From: an uncultured virus (IMG/VR IMGVR_UViG_3300020160_000566)
Taxonomy: Duplodnaviria; Heunggongvirae; Uroviricota; Caudoviricetes; Crassvirales
DNA: 64,000 nt
IMG/VR virus record: IMGVR_UViG_3300020160_000566
Reading direction: 5' to 3' (one strand)
The translations under genes were made by a program, and so were the position numbers. Positions 26,568-36,394 of this stretch are shown here, piece by piece. Under the pieces are notes generated by a model. That model did not search any database. It was not told the origin of the DNA and worked only from the letters and a program-made list of their open reading frames with translations. The first letter of the stretch is position 1. The number at the start of each line of letters is the position of its first letter.

Positions 26568-29500
26568 TTATTCTCTACATCCACACTCTTGCGATACCTC
26601 TATCAATACTCCTCCTGATATTACAGTTGGATTTACTGATGCAAGGCCACATATGATTTGTGTTGCATTTTGTAATATAGTAGCTGTTCTATTAACTCCA
26701 CTGCAATCTCTGTAAGATACAGTAGCTGTTCCGATGCCTACGTTTTGGAATGTCCACTCTCTACATGGGTCAGAACATGGGTCGCACTCACAGCAAACAT
26801 AATCAATATCTGCTGTACTTGCAGACCAACATAAGTCAACTTCATTAAAAGTTCTATAATCCCAAATTAAGTATAGGTAGTTACCTACAGTGCCCGCAGG
26901 AACATCTGCGTAGTAGTAATTACCACCACCCAATATCGTACCTGTACTAGATGCGGCAACCAATGCGTTTATACCCGCGGTATTGTTAGCATATAGTGTT
27001 GAAGATCTTAGGTATCTAAATTTATTCTGAGAAGGAATAAAGTCATAGTTAGCTAACGCAAACTTGTTAGATATGATTCTAACCGTACTACCATTTGTTG
27101 GTATATTCGGTTGACCTTGAGACCCTGTGTTGGTATTATATCTCGATACAATAGGATTTACTCCTGATGCAAATATTTGTAAATTACTTTGTAAAGACCC
27201 CGTATATGTACCATCTGTGTATCTCCATTGAGGATAGATGTTTTTGCCTGCATCAACATTTGATGTCAATACCACCTCAACAATAGTGAGTTGATTAGCC
27301 GCAGGACAATTCACAGTGACTTCTAATACAACAGCTCCTGTAACTAAAATCTCAACATTTACAATATCAACTGTATTTGAATCTTTATCTACAACTAATG
27401 TTCCATCAAAAGATGTATCCCCAGTGGTAAATGTATTTCCATCGTATGTGGCTGTAATGTTGAACTCAGCATCAGGCTCAATACTTACAACATTGTAAGT
27501 GATGTCAACATCACCAACTGCTTGACCTACGTTTACACAGAACTCATTAACCTTTGTGATGTCGCTGATCACAAACTCTTGAGTGATGCCGCAATCTAAA
27601 CAGCTACTGAAGCTTGGTACTTTTTGATTATTTGAGCTTAATACATACTCATCTAAGTATGGGTCAAAAGCTCCAAGTTTTTGAGTGTCAAAGTCAGTGT
27701 TAAATAAATCTCTAAACCAAGACCCCATCCCCATATCTGAGATAACTTTCAATTGGCCTAGACCTGTCTCACTATCTTGTATGTTAATTACAGCTCCACG
27801 CTTTACATCGGTGAAGTATCTATTTGATCCCCACTGAATGTAACTCTCAGGGTTAAATGAAATACCGAATTTTTCAACTCGTGCAATTTGCGTTCCTAAT
27901 ACTTCAGGTACAGACGTAAGTGCTCCTCCCGCTCCGGCATCTGATAGCAAATTCTTGCTAGTCAATACATAAGACACTTTGTCTTCTTGTAAAACAAGTA
28001 CGTCAGTCTGACGTGCATCAAGAATATAGATAGGGCCAAATAAGCGCTCTAACTGCTTAAAGTTAAGTAGACCAAGGTTGAACTCATTGAGTTTATTTAC
28101 ATTGCTCTCATTGTTGTAAATACCACTGTAGGTCATATCAGCGTATCTTCTGATAGCACGATAATCTTCCGCAGCAATACTTGTGACACGGTTGCCCAAT
28201 GTGATGTAGTTACCAACGATTGAGTCACGAACTTTGTAGCTCTCAACACCATTACCAAAAGCATAACAGTTAAAGAAACCTGTGTCAATGACAGCAGGAG
28301 ACCCTGTTGAGAAGTTTTGGTTCATGATGTTGCCCTGATGCTCGCCCTGTGCATTGATTTCAAAAGACAAGTTGTTCTCAAAGAAAACATCAGGCAAAGT
28401 ATCTGCAGGCTCAGTCTCAAAAACAAATGTTGACTCAGCTCTAAACACCTCAAAATTAGCTTCAACTAAAGAGTTTTTTGTTCCACAAGCAGATGTTCCA
28501 CTTATTTGTAATCCTAAATAGTTGCTAGGCGCATCTCTATAGAATCTGTAATAATTTATACACTCATTAGTAGGCATTGAGCTAGGCCCAAATGCTAATG
28601 TAGGTATGAATGTATTTTGTATTGTACATGCAGTAGAGTTGCTTACATATGGAGTTCCTTCATCCAATAGGTTAGCTATGTTGTCACCAACAAACCACTC
28701 ATACATATTTCCATAGTTATCCTGAGAAGTAATTGTTTTTTCTAAAGTGTAAATTCGTGTCTCACAGTTATTACCACCGCCGTTTTCTTTACCTCTTTGG
28801 AATTTAATATTCATATTGATAATGGTACCCTGAGGTATATCATAATCAATAAAAGTACCGGGCAATGCCGTATCCTCCAAGTTCATAGGGTAATTAAGTA
28901 TCGGATACTGCCCATTATTTTTTACCTCAACTGCTTTATTCCCTGCTGTTATAAATGCATTTTCAGAAAATATAGCATTGAAATTATTAGGCTTTATTTT
29001 CATATATACACCTGAAGGAACAGGAATATTGACGCCTGTTACAGAACTTGGTATAGTAACAAAGTCTTTAGTTTGAGCTTCTTTTTCTAATACATTTGCA
29101 TAAGCACATTCATCAACAGCTCCCGAAGAATCTCTCTTGACAATTAGCCTATCACCTGTATTTACTTTTCTAGTATTCTCTCCTTCCAATAAGAAATAAG
29201 CGTAATTTGTTTGAGGGTCAACAAAGAATATATTACTGTAGATTGTCTCATATGTATCTCTATCTGCTTTAATTACAAACTTATATTTTGTTGCCCAATA
29301 TGGTGCAACTTGAGGAATTGGGTTACTTGGTATTGTTACAAGTATGCTATTCTTATTTACAGAATTACCACAAGGTACGTGCTCAGTATTGAACTCACTA
29401 ACTAAAACAGTTGATGATCTTCCAAAATCGTCCATATATACAATACCAATCTCATAGTCACGATTGCTATGCAAGCTTTGGTTTTGTGATATGGTTTGAA

Positions 29501-31184
29501 AAACAACATCTGCTGAGTTTATTTTCATGTACTCATATGCAGTATATGTAGGAGACACCGTGCTATTTACATAGGACACGGCAGGAAATTGAAATGAAAT
29601 TACATTGCTACCAAATGTGCCTAATGCTGATACCAATAAGTTAGCGGTATTTATACCACTTGTATACTTAACGTAAGAGTTTAAGTTCTGTGACATAGCA
29701 CAGTTAAATGCATCAGACAAAGTTGTTCCGTTACAAGAACTTGGCATAGGCTGAACGTTGGTGACTAAGCCAATCGCATCTTGGAATGATATGTCATTAA
29801 CCATGTCAAAAACAGACGCAAAAGTATTAGGTAGATAATACGTGAACGTAATATTTATACTGCTATTTGTTTGCGTTGGGAATGGTGTACTTCCTGTAAA
29901 TGTTGAATGACTGAGTGAAAAATCAATTACAATTGATGATCCTTCACTCAATGGTATTCCGGATAAGTCAATATCTAGTACAGTATTAGATAAGGTTTGA
30001 GATCCATTTATAAGATATGTTCCTGAATCTAAAGAGTTTGGAACTTCACTAATACCAATCTCATCAGTTTTTAAAGCGGTAGAATATTGAAATTTTACCG
30101 TTTGCCCATTTTTATCAAGTAAGTCATAACCCTCTAAATAGTTCCCATACATTAGGCGATTACCCATAATAGTTTGGGCTTTAGCTAACAATGGTACATT
30201 GTCGTACAACCTTAGTATCTCAGACTCAGGAAGTACAGTGTATATCTTGCTGTTTGCAAAAGTATAGTCGTAGTCAGTATTGTCCGACAAACCAAGCAGT
30301 GACTTGTCTAGCTTCTCAATAACCTTGATTACATTACTCTCCATTTCCTTGAAGAGTAGGTCAATGCCAACTACTAATGGGCCACCTGTGTTGTAAGTAA
30401 CAATAGCTGCATTAAATGAGTTAACCATACCATTGTTTAAGAAACTATCGTTTCCAAACTCAAAAGGCTCAGGTATAAATGCAGGCTCAGTAAATTGTGA
30501 TATTGCTGAGTATTCATTGTTTGCATATCTATATCTGTAAGCAAAACAAATGAAGCGCTCAGTTAAAAAGTTTTCTTGACCGGTTACGTTAGTCAATTGA
30601 ATCTCAGGCGAAGCCACAGGCGGCTTCTTAATTACTAATAATGACTCAGCTGTAACTTGGTCTATGTTGCCAATAGGGTTTGGATAATTCGTTCTTACAT
30701 TAATGAATCTAGGTTCATTGTAGTCATCAGTAAAAAACAATAGGTCATCAATTTTATTGATGCCTGTAATCACATACTGCTCGTTAAAGTTCAACGTGGT
30801 GTTAATACCTCCACTATCATCAATACTGATGACGTGGTACGTTAGTATGTTTGTAAGTATGTTGAATGAAACAATCAAGTCAAGCTTATCGGTGGCTCCA
30901 ACTGGAAAATTTGAGTCGTGCACAAACCAATAAATGGTCTCATTTGCACCGTCCTCAAACGCACCAATGGTTCTAGCATTTGAGCTTAATGGCGTACCAT
31001 CAATGTAGATTAAAGATGTAATTTTTAAGTTACCTTTAGTGTTCTCAATGGCTCCAATGCTCTTCTGTTCTGTAGAACCCATTCTTACATTGAGCGCGTC
31101 AATATATTGTCCATCAGGGATTAGTCGTTCATCAACGACTTTGTTCATTTTACCCTGATTGAAGTTTCTTGTAAGTTTAGCCAT
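26568..31184 (-). CDS. tail stabilization / nozzle protein
   Basis: N-terminal GKMNKVVDERL...YIDALNVR; FAYRYRY; 1538 aa. Confidence 0.7.
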   Translation of the reverse strand: MAKLTRNFNQGKMNKVVDERLIPDGQYIDALNVRMGSTEQKSIGAIENTKGNLKITSLIYIDGTPLSSNARTIGAFEDGANETIYWFVHDSNFPVGATDKLDLIVSFNILTNILTYHVISIDDSGGINTTLNFNEQYVITGINKIDDLLFFTDDYNEPRFINVRTNYPNPIGNIDQVTAESLLVIKKPPVASPEIQLTNVTGQENFLTERFICFAYRYRYANNEYSAISQFTEPAFIPEPFEFGNDSFLNNGMVNSFNAAIVTYNTGGPLVVGIDLLFKEMESNVIKVIEKLDKSLLGLSDNTDYDYTFANSKIYTVLPESEILRLYDNVPLLAKAQTIMGNRLMYGNYLEGYDLLDKNGQTVKFQYSTALKTDEIGISEVPNSLDSGTYLINGSQTLSNTVLDIDLSGIPLSEGSSIVIDFSLSHSTFTGSTPFPTQTNSSINITFTYYLPNTFASVFDMVNDISFQDAIGLVTNVQPMPSSCNGTTLSDAFNCAMSQNLNSYVKYTSGINTANLLVSALGTFGSNVISFQFPAVSYVNSTVSPTYTAYEYMKINSADVVFQTISQNQSLHSNRDYEIGIVYMDDFGRSSTVLVSEFNTEHVPCGNSVNKNSILVTIPSNPIPQVAPYWATKYKFVIKADRDTYETIYSNIFFVDPQTNYAYFLLEGENTRKVNTGDRLIVKRDSSGAVDECAYANVLEKEAQTKDFVTIPSSVTGVNIPVPSGVYMKIKPNNFNAIFSENAFITAGNKAVEVKNNGQYPILNYPMNLEDTALPGTFIDYDIPQGTIINMNIKFQRGKENGGGNNCETRIYTLEKTITSQDNYGNMYEWFVGDNIANLLDEGTPYVSNSTACTIQNTFIPTLAFGPSSMPTNECINYYRFYRDAPSNYLGLQISGTSACGTKNSLVEANFEVFRAESTFVFETEPADTLPDVFFENNLSFEINAQGEHQGNIMNQNFSTGSPAVIDTGFFNCYAFGNGVESYKVRDSIVGNYITLGNRVTSIAAEDYRAIRRYADMTYSGIYNNESNVNKLNEFNLGLLNFKQLERLFGPIYILDARQTDVLVLQEDKVSYVLTSKNLLSDAGAGGALTSVPEVLGTQIARVEKFGISFNPESYIQWGSNRYFTDVKRGAVINIQDSETGLGQLKVISDMGMGSWFRDLFNTDFDTQKLGAFDPYLDEYVLSSNNQKVPSFSSCLDCGITQEFVISDITKVNEFCVNVGQAVGDVDITYNVVSIEPDAEFNITATYDGNTFTTGDTSFDGTLVVDKDSNTVDIVNVEILVTGAVVLEVTVNCPAANQLTIVEVVLTSNVDAGKNIYPQWRYTDGTYTGSLQSNLQIFASGVNPIVSRYNTNTGSQGQPNIPTNGSTVRIISNKFALANYDFIPSQNKFRYLRSSTLYANNTAGINALVAASSTGTILGGGNYYYADVPAGTVGNYLYLIWDYRTFNEVDLCWSASTADIDYVCCECDPCSDPCREWTFQNVGIGTATVSYRDCSGVNRTATILQNATQIICGLASVNPTVISGGVLIEVSQECGCRE

Positions 31185-31185
31185 G

Positions 31186-32109
31186 TTACTTTATCCACTT
31201 ATTCTGACCACGTAGGTTCATTAATAATCTGCCCGGATGAATATTGCTCAATCTAATTTTTGCATTTCGTAATAGAGAAGATTTTTCTTTTCTTGCTCTC
31301 ATTATCACATACTCTTGTACACCAAGCTTTGAATTGAGTATCTCATACTGAATATATGCGTACACATACTTCTCAAATAACTTGTTTACAGTAATTAAAC
31401 TATCATCTCCATTCTCCATACCATCAGATATGTACTCAAGGATGACAGACTCACCTGACATATGTGAGCTAAAGTTAATAACTCCTGACTTCTTATCAAT
31501 AGTAAATGTAGGATTTCTATTAGCGGTCTCTGTATTTAAACCATATCTGGCACCAATACCTGCTTCAAAATACCAATCCCCCTCATAATACCAACCTTCT
31601 TGCCCGTCAAATTGATGACCCGGATTTAAATAGATGCTCTTCTGAGTACCCGTAATACGATCCCAATCAAGCTCAGAGTACTCAGGCTCAAGAGCGTTGC
31701 CATTCTGATCAAATAAAATCTTACAATTATGGTCTTGAAGATAGGCTTTTGCTGATTGAATTTGAATATTCTCAGTCATTGGTCTAATATACCCATCTTT
31801 GTATAAAGATATACGAACCCAATTGACGTAGTCAGATGGTAAAACAAATCTTAGTTGATCACAAACGGTAAGCTGAAGTACTTTAATTTCTTTAAACGCA
31901 TCGTAGTTAAGCTCTTGTACAGCTCTCTTTGCGTGAAAGATTATCTTGTAACGCTCCTCATTGTTAACCAATGAATGGTTACCTGCATACATCAACATAA
32001 AGTTGTTGACGATATCGTGCAGGCCTACATACTGATAAGAGCCCCAATTGGCATTCTCAGGCGCATTACCGCCATTCTCGTAATATTGATACTGTGAAAT
32101 ATATGCCAT
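31186..32109 (-). CDS. structural (tail ring/adaptor-like) protein
   Basis: LPSDYVNWVRIS, ILEYISDG; position in the operon. Confidence 0.6.
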   Translation of the reverse strand: MAYISQYQYYENGGNAPENANWGSYQYVGLHDIVNNFMLMYAGNHSLVNNEERYKIIFHAKRAVQELNYDAFKEIKVLQLTVCDQLRFVLPSDYVNWVRISLYKDGYIRPMTENIQIQSAKAYLQDHNCKILFDQNGNALEPEYSELDWDRITGTQKSIYLNPGHQFDGQEGWYYEGDWYFEAGIGARYGLNTETANRNPTFTIDKKSGVINFSSHMSGESVILEYISDGMENGDDSLITVNKLFEKYVYAYIQYEILNSKLGVQEYVIMRARKEKSSLLRNAKIRLSNIHPGRLLMNLRGQNKWIK

Positions 32110-32115
32110 GGTCTA

Positions 32116-32862
32116 TTATTGTTGTTGGCTAAATGCAGGGTTTTCACTCTGTTCTTGTTGAATTGCGTATTGAGCAACTTGAATCTCTCTAATTGACATA
32201 CCGCAGTACTGAAGAATCTTCATTACTACTTTATACTCATCTTCGCCCGGAAGCTCAAAGTCTTGATAGTCAGGTTGTGATTGATCGAATGCAGGCTCAC
32301 CATTTGACAATGTAATGTATGTCCACTTAGGGTCTAAAGGCAACCTAAAGTATGAGCACTTCAATGATGATACACCATTTATGGTATCAGGATATATACT
32401 GATAGTATCACCCTCGATAATATAAGATGGATACTTTGTAGTTGGCGCCGTAAGCATTGAATCCAATAACATATACAAACGTGCGTTAGCAACCTTCTCA
32501 GCATCACCTAATCTTGTGGTACCATTAAAACAGGTCAGTCTACTAATCATGTAGAAGTTATAACCTGTTGTTGTTAATGATGGTAAGTAGTATTGGTTTG
32601 TTGCAGGCGTAACCTGTGTGAGCGTATCATTACGCAAGAAGCCCTCTAAGACCTCTGCAATAGGATTCTCGATATCAGCATACTCAGTGCCTGATAGCCT
32701 TGCATTCTCTGCATTTATGGTCTTATTATAGCTGCTGTAGTATTCTTCGTATATCTCCATCTGTGCCTGTTTTGCAAACAAATTAAAGTCAGATGGTGAG
32801 ATATATCCGTAGTTGTTCTTGTTAAGAACTGACAATACGGTGTTTCTTACTGAGTTAATCAT
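32116..32862 (-). CDS. structural (head-tail adaptor-like) protein
   Basis: NKNNYGYISPSDFNLFAKQAQ; position in the operon. Confidence 0.6.
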   Translation of the reverse strand: MINSVRNTVLSVLNKNNYGYISPSDFNLFAKQAQMEIYEEYYSSYNKTINAENARLSGTEYADIENPIAEVLEGFLRNDTLTQVTPATNQYYLPSLTTTGYNFYMISRLTCFNGTTRLGDAEKVANARLYMLLDSMLTAPTTKYPSYIIEGDTISIYPDTINGVSSLKCSYFRLPLDPKWTYITLSNGEPAFDQSQPDYQDFELPGEDEYKVVMKILQYCGMSIREIQVAQYAIQQEQSENPAFSQQQ

Positions 32863-32885
32863 TGAAATATCTTTTCACAAAGATA

Positions 32886-32919
32886 CAAAAAAATAAAGGT
32901 GCCACTAGGACACCTTTAT
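32886..32919 (-). terminator. intrinsic terminator
   Basis: ataaaggtg/cacctttat stem with a T-run on the - strand. Confidence 0.6.
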
Positions 32920-32971
32920 CAAACAAACAAATGAGTAGAACTCTAAAACAACATTACAAATATAACATTAT

Positions 32972-33730
32972 TTATGCATTCTCCAAATGGTGCTCTAACA
33001 TTTTTAATGCTTCAACACCTTCATCAGTTTTAAGATACATAGCGACTAGCACATATGGGTCTTCACCGTAAGGTATATTCATCATTTTTTTCTTATTACT
33101 TGGTGTGCTATACCAAACCTCTTTGTTTCCACTTCGGAAACCAAGTAATCCCATGTCAAAGAATATATGAACCTGTGATTGTAGGTGTAGCATTGGATCT
33201 TCAAGAGAATTCAAGAAGCTACCCGGATAGTTACGTGCATAGATAAGCACATCGCGCTTCATTTCTGCTGTGGTAACACGGCTTACATCTTTGTTGAATA
33301 ATACTCGATATACTGTCTCAAGTTGATCAATACTTAACTCACGAGCTCTGATTAATGCATCAACCTCAGTTACCAAGAATTCAACCTCTTCTTGTGCATC
33401 ACGCTCTTTATTTACTTCTTCAAATACGATACCATTCTGTGGATGGTAATATAAGAACTCCTGTAGCACAGGATTGTTTCTAGGAACGCTTAAGAAGCCA
33501 TTCTCAAAGATAATAGGTTGGATAAGTGGGTTGCCATCTTGCTCATCCTCAAATGGGCTCTTTTGGTTTACTGCGTAACGGAGAGGTCTGTTTTGATTGG
33601 TTTCCTCATCGTACCAAAGGAGTGCTGAGCGTTTTGTGTTTCTTGCTGATAGCATATAAGACAATGGTGCCTTTTCATTTTTGAGTCGATAGACTCTGTC
33701 GGCAGCAGCCAACGTGACTTTTTTTGACAT
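32972..33730 (-). CDS. conserved protein downstream of the capsid gene
   Basis: 252-aa ORF. Confidence 0.7.
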   Translation of the reverse strand: MSKKVTLAAADRVYRLKNEKAPLSYMLSARNTKRSALLWYDEETNQNRPLRYAVNQKSPFEDEQDGNPLIQPIIFENGFLSVPRNNPVLQEFLYYHPQNGIVFEEVNKERDAQEEVEFLVTEVDALIRARELSIDQLETVYRVLFNKDVSRVTTAEMKRDVLIYARNYPGSFLNSLEDPMLHLQSQVHIFFDMGLLGFRSGNKEVWYSTPSNKKKMMNIPYGEDPYVLVAMYLKTDEGVEALKMLEHHLENA

Positions 33731-33758
33731 AAGATATAATATAATTAAAGTTTACAAT

Positions 33759-33788
33759 AAAAATAGAGAGGGACCGAAGCCCCTCTCA
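33759..33788 (-). terminator. intrinsic terminator after the major capsid gene
   Basis: gagaggg/ccctctc stem with a T-run on the - strand. Confidence 0.6.
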
Positions 33789-33803
33789 TATTTTGAGTGC
33801 TAA

Positions 33804-35249
33804 TTAGGCACCGTAACGGAACAAGAAGAAGTTGTTCGCGCCTAAGGTACAAAGTGCACGCTCAGACAAGAAGTTAACTTCCATTGCATCGAGGTCGCTA
33901 GTAGCAGCACCACCGGCAGAACCTGTGATCCAAGTTTTGTAACGACGATCTTCAGTTTCAGACGCACGGTAACGAACGTGTAAGAACGGACGCTTAGCGT
34001 TTTTACCAAGGATTTGGTCGTATACAGTTGTTGAACCTGCAGGAACAAGCATACCTGTGATTACGTTAGCAGTTGAAGCTCCTGTAGCAGATGAAGTCAA
34101 ACCACCACGCATTGTTGGATCGTTGAGGTATTTCCAATCTGTTTTGTAGAAGTCATAACCACGACGGAATCCTGAGAAACCAAGGTTTAGGGCCATGTCA
34201 CGGTCGTTATCAAACAAACCATAAGATGTACCTGCAGCACCGTAAGAGTTTTGAGCAGCCAACATATCATCGATGTCGAAAGAGAAATCACGATTAACGA
34301 ACAATACGTTCTCTTCGATAGAACCTTGTTTGTCAAGACGAGAAATCATATCATCGAAATCTTGCAATGATGTTGGGTTACCACCACCCCATACGTTACC
34401 GCGAGAGTTAACAACGTAGAAAGCACCTTCAGAACCTTTGTTACCATAAGTTGGGTTAAGACCTGAGTTAGCAACACCTGAACCTGATTCAGCAGGAACA
34501 GCTTCTAACATTGCAGTTTCGAGGTAGTCTTCAAAACGGAGACGAGTTTCGTGCTCAGACTTCAAATACCAAAGGTATCCGTTAGCACCATTCTCAGTAG
34601 TGATTTCAATCCAACCAATCTGAGCCATGTCAGAACCGTTGACAGCATACTTGTCTTTGATGATGATTGGGCTGTTAGAGAAGATTTCGTCTTCAGCTTC
34701 CAATGAACCAATCATACCTGTAGTGCCTTTCTTGAATTCAGAACCGTAAACAAATACGCTAAATTCGTTAGCTGTAGAAGCATTGGTCATACCTAATGCC
34801 TCATAGAAAGCAACTGTAAATTGGTTAGTAGCAGTGTTAACAGCAGTAACGATAGCTTTGTTTTGGGTAGGACCCGCAACGTTAGGAGTAATCATTACAG
34901 TTTGACCTGCGCGGATAGCGATACCTGTAACGTTCAAGTCATTAACTTGGAATGTTGCGCTGTCAGCGTTAGACAAAGTAGCTGTAGAAACAACTTTAGT
35001 GTACTTAGTGTGAAGACGACCTTGTTCTGCCCATTTGATTTGGTCAGAGATAGACGGCATCTCAGCACCTACCATACGAAGGAAAGATGCAACGGTACGG
35101 TTTCCGTAACGCTCAAATTCTTTCTCATATGTATCAGGTAAATACTGATTCATGAAGTTAAATCCGTTTGACGGGATGTAGTTTGTTGACAAAGCTACCT
35201 GCTCAGCACTTGGCTGTAACTGATAACCGGGTGTAGATAAAACAGACAT
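33804..35249 (-). CDS. major capsid protein
   Basis: 481 aa; strong codon bias; follows portal and scaffold; has its own terminator. Confidence 0.75.
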   Translation of the reverse strand: MSVLSTPGYQLQPSAEQVALSTNYIPSNGFNFMNQYLPDTYEKEFERYGNRTVASFLRMVGAEMPSISDQIKWAEQGRLHTKYTKVVSTATLSNADSATFQVNDLNVTGIAIRAGQTVMITPNVAGPTQNKAIVTAVNTATNQFTVAFYEALGMTNASTANEFSVFVYGSEFKKGTTGMIGSLEAEDEIFSNSPIIIKDKYAVNGSDMAQIGWIEITTENGANGYLWYLKSEHETRLRFEDYLETAMLEAVPAESGSGVANSGLNPTYGNKGSEGAFYVVNSRGNVWGGGNPTSLQDFDDMISRLDKQGSIEENVLFVNRDFSFDIDDMLAAQNSYGAAGTSYGLFDNDRDMALNLGFSGFRRGYDFYKTDWKYLNDPTMRGGLTSSATGASTANVITGMLVPAGSTTVYDQILGKNAKRPFLHVRYRASETEDRRYKTWITGSAGGAATSDLDAMEVNFLSERALCTLGANNFFLFRYGA

Positions 35250-35269
35250 TTTTTTTCTTTTTTAATAGT

Positions 35270-36352
35270 TTATATTCTTTTTGCACTTGTGATTTTCAAT
35301 CCATTGCCGGAGCCCGGATTTACTTCTCGGATTTGCATTCCTCCTTTGGAGATTGACTCAGGTGCTCTGCGCTCAGACATATTCACATTCTTTATTTTTT
35401 TAGTGACATTATCTGTTGCATCGGCCTGACCTTGTTCGTAGAAGAACTTGGCAAACTTCTCAGGATTCATTGCGATCGCTAAAGCTCTATGGTATCCCGC
35501 AGCATCACTTACCATTCCGCTCTCATCCAAATACTTATTGATAAAGTTTGTTGGAGTTGATTGGAGCTTCTTAAGCTCTGTTGCGTCACCGGGAGAGAAA
35601 ACCACTTTCTTGTCGTCAATATTGAACTCAAAACCTTTGAACTCTTGACTAAACACCTCATCAGTTTTCTTTAGGAACCAATCACGTTTGCGACCGTTTT
35701 CCTCCTCTAGGGTTTTAGCTTGTTGTATGTATTGTTTATATGCCTCAAATTCTTCTTTCTCTTCAGAAGCAATTGTACTTCCCCTTGACTCAAGAGGTTG
35801 TTTGTATTTCTCCTTTTCAGATGTGAAATAATCCTTGGCCTTAGCAATAGCCTTTTTCTTAGCAATCTTAGCTTTCTTAATTTTAGAGTCATCATCTAGA
35901 TCCTCATCATAAGCAAACTCTTCCAACATGGCATCAATGTCGTCCTCATCGAGACCAACCTCTGTAGCCATTAGGTATTGCTTTAGCATTTTATCAGGAT
36001 TCATGGAATCAAAGTCTTCTTGCAATTTCAAGTAATCTTGGATACCACGCCCTGTTTCTTTCTTGTACTTAAAGAATGCCTCAACATCTTCAGGTAACGG
36101 TTCGTTTTCCTGACGCTGAGCCATCAACTCGTCAAACGAATTGATTTCCTTGTTGTACCTTTTTCCCAAATATGAAAGAACGTCTTCTTCTTTTAGCTCA
36201 GGTGTCTCAATTGGCGGCTGCTCAATCGGAGGTGTTTCAATCACAGGTGGATCGTTATTTAAACTCTCCTCATGCTTTTGTAATAATTCCTCTTCAATCT
36301 GAGCTGCGCTCTTTTCAACAATTCCTGTTACTTCTTTTACTTTAAATTCCAT
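35270..36352 (-). CDS. capsid scaffolding-like protein
   Basis: acidic and coiled-coil; lies between portal and MCP. Confidence 0.6.
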   Translation of the reverse strand: MEFKVKEVTGIVEKSAAQIEEELLQKHEESLNNDPPVIETPPIEQPPIETPELKEEDVLSYLGKRYNKEINSFDELMAQRQENEPLPEDVEAFFKYKKETGRGIQDYLKLQEDFDSMNPDKMLKQYLMATEVGLDEDDIDAMLEEFAYDEDLDDDSKIKKAKIAKKKAIAKAKDYFTSEKEKYKQPLESRGSTIASEEKEEFEAYKQYIQQAKTLEEENGRKRDWFLKKTDEVFSQEFKGFEFNIDDKKVVFSPGDATELKKLQSTPTNFINKYLDESGMVSDAAGYHRALAIAMNPEKFAKFFYEQGQADATDNVTKKIKNVNMSERRAPESISKGGMQIREVNPGSGNGLKITSAKRI

Positions 36353-36394
36353 TAGATTTAATTTTTACAAAGTTATATATTATTTTTTATTGTT

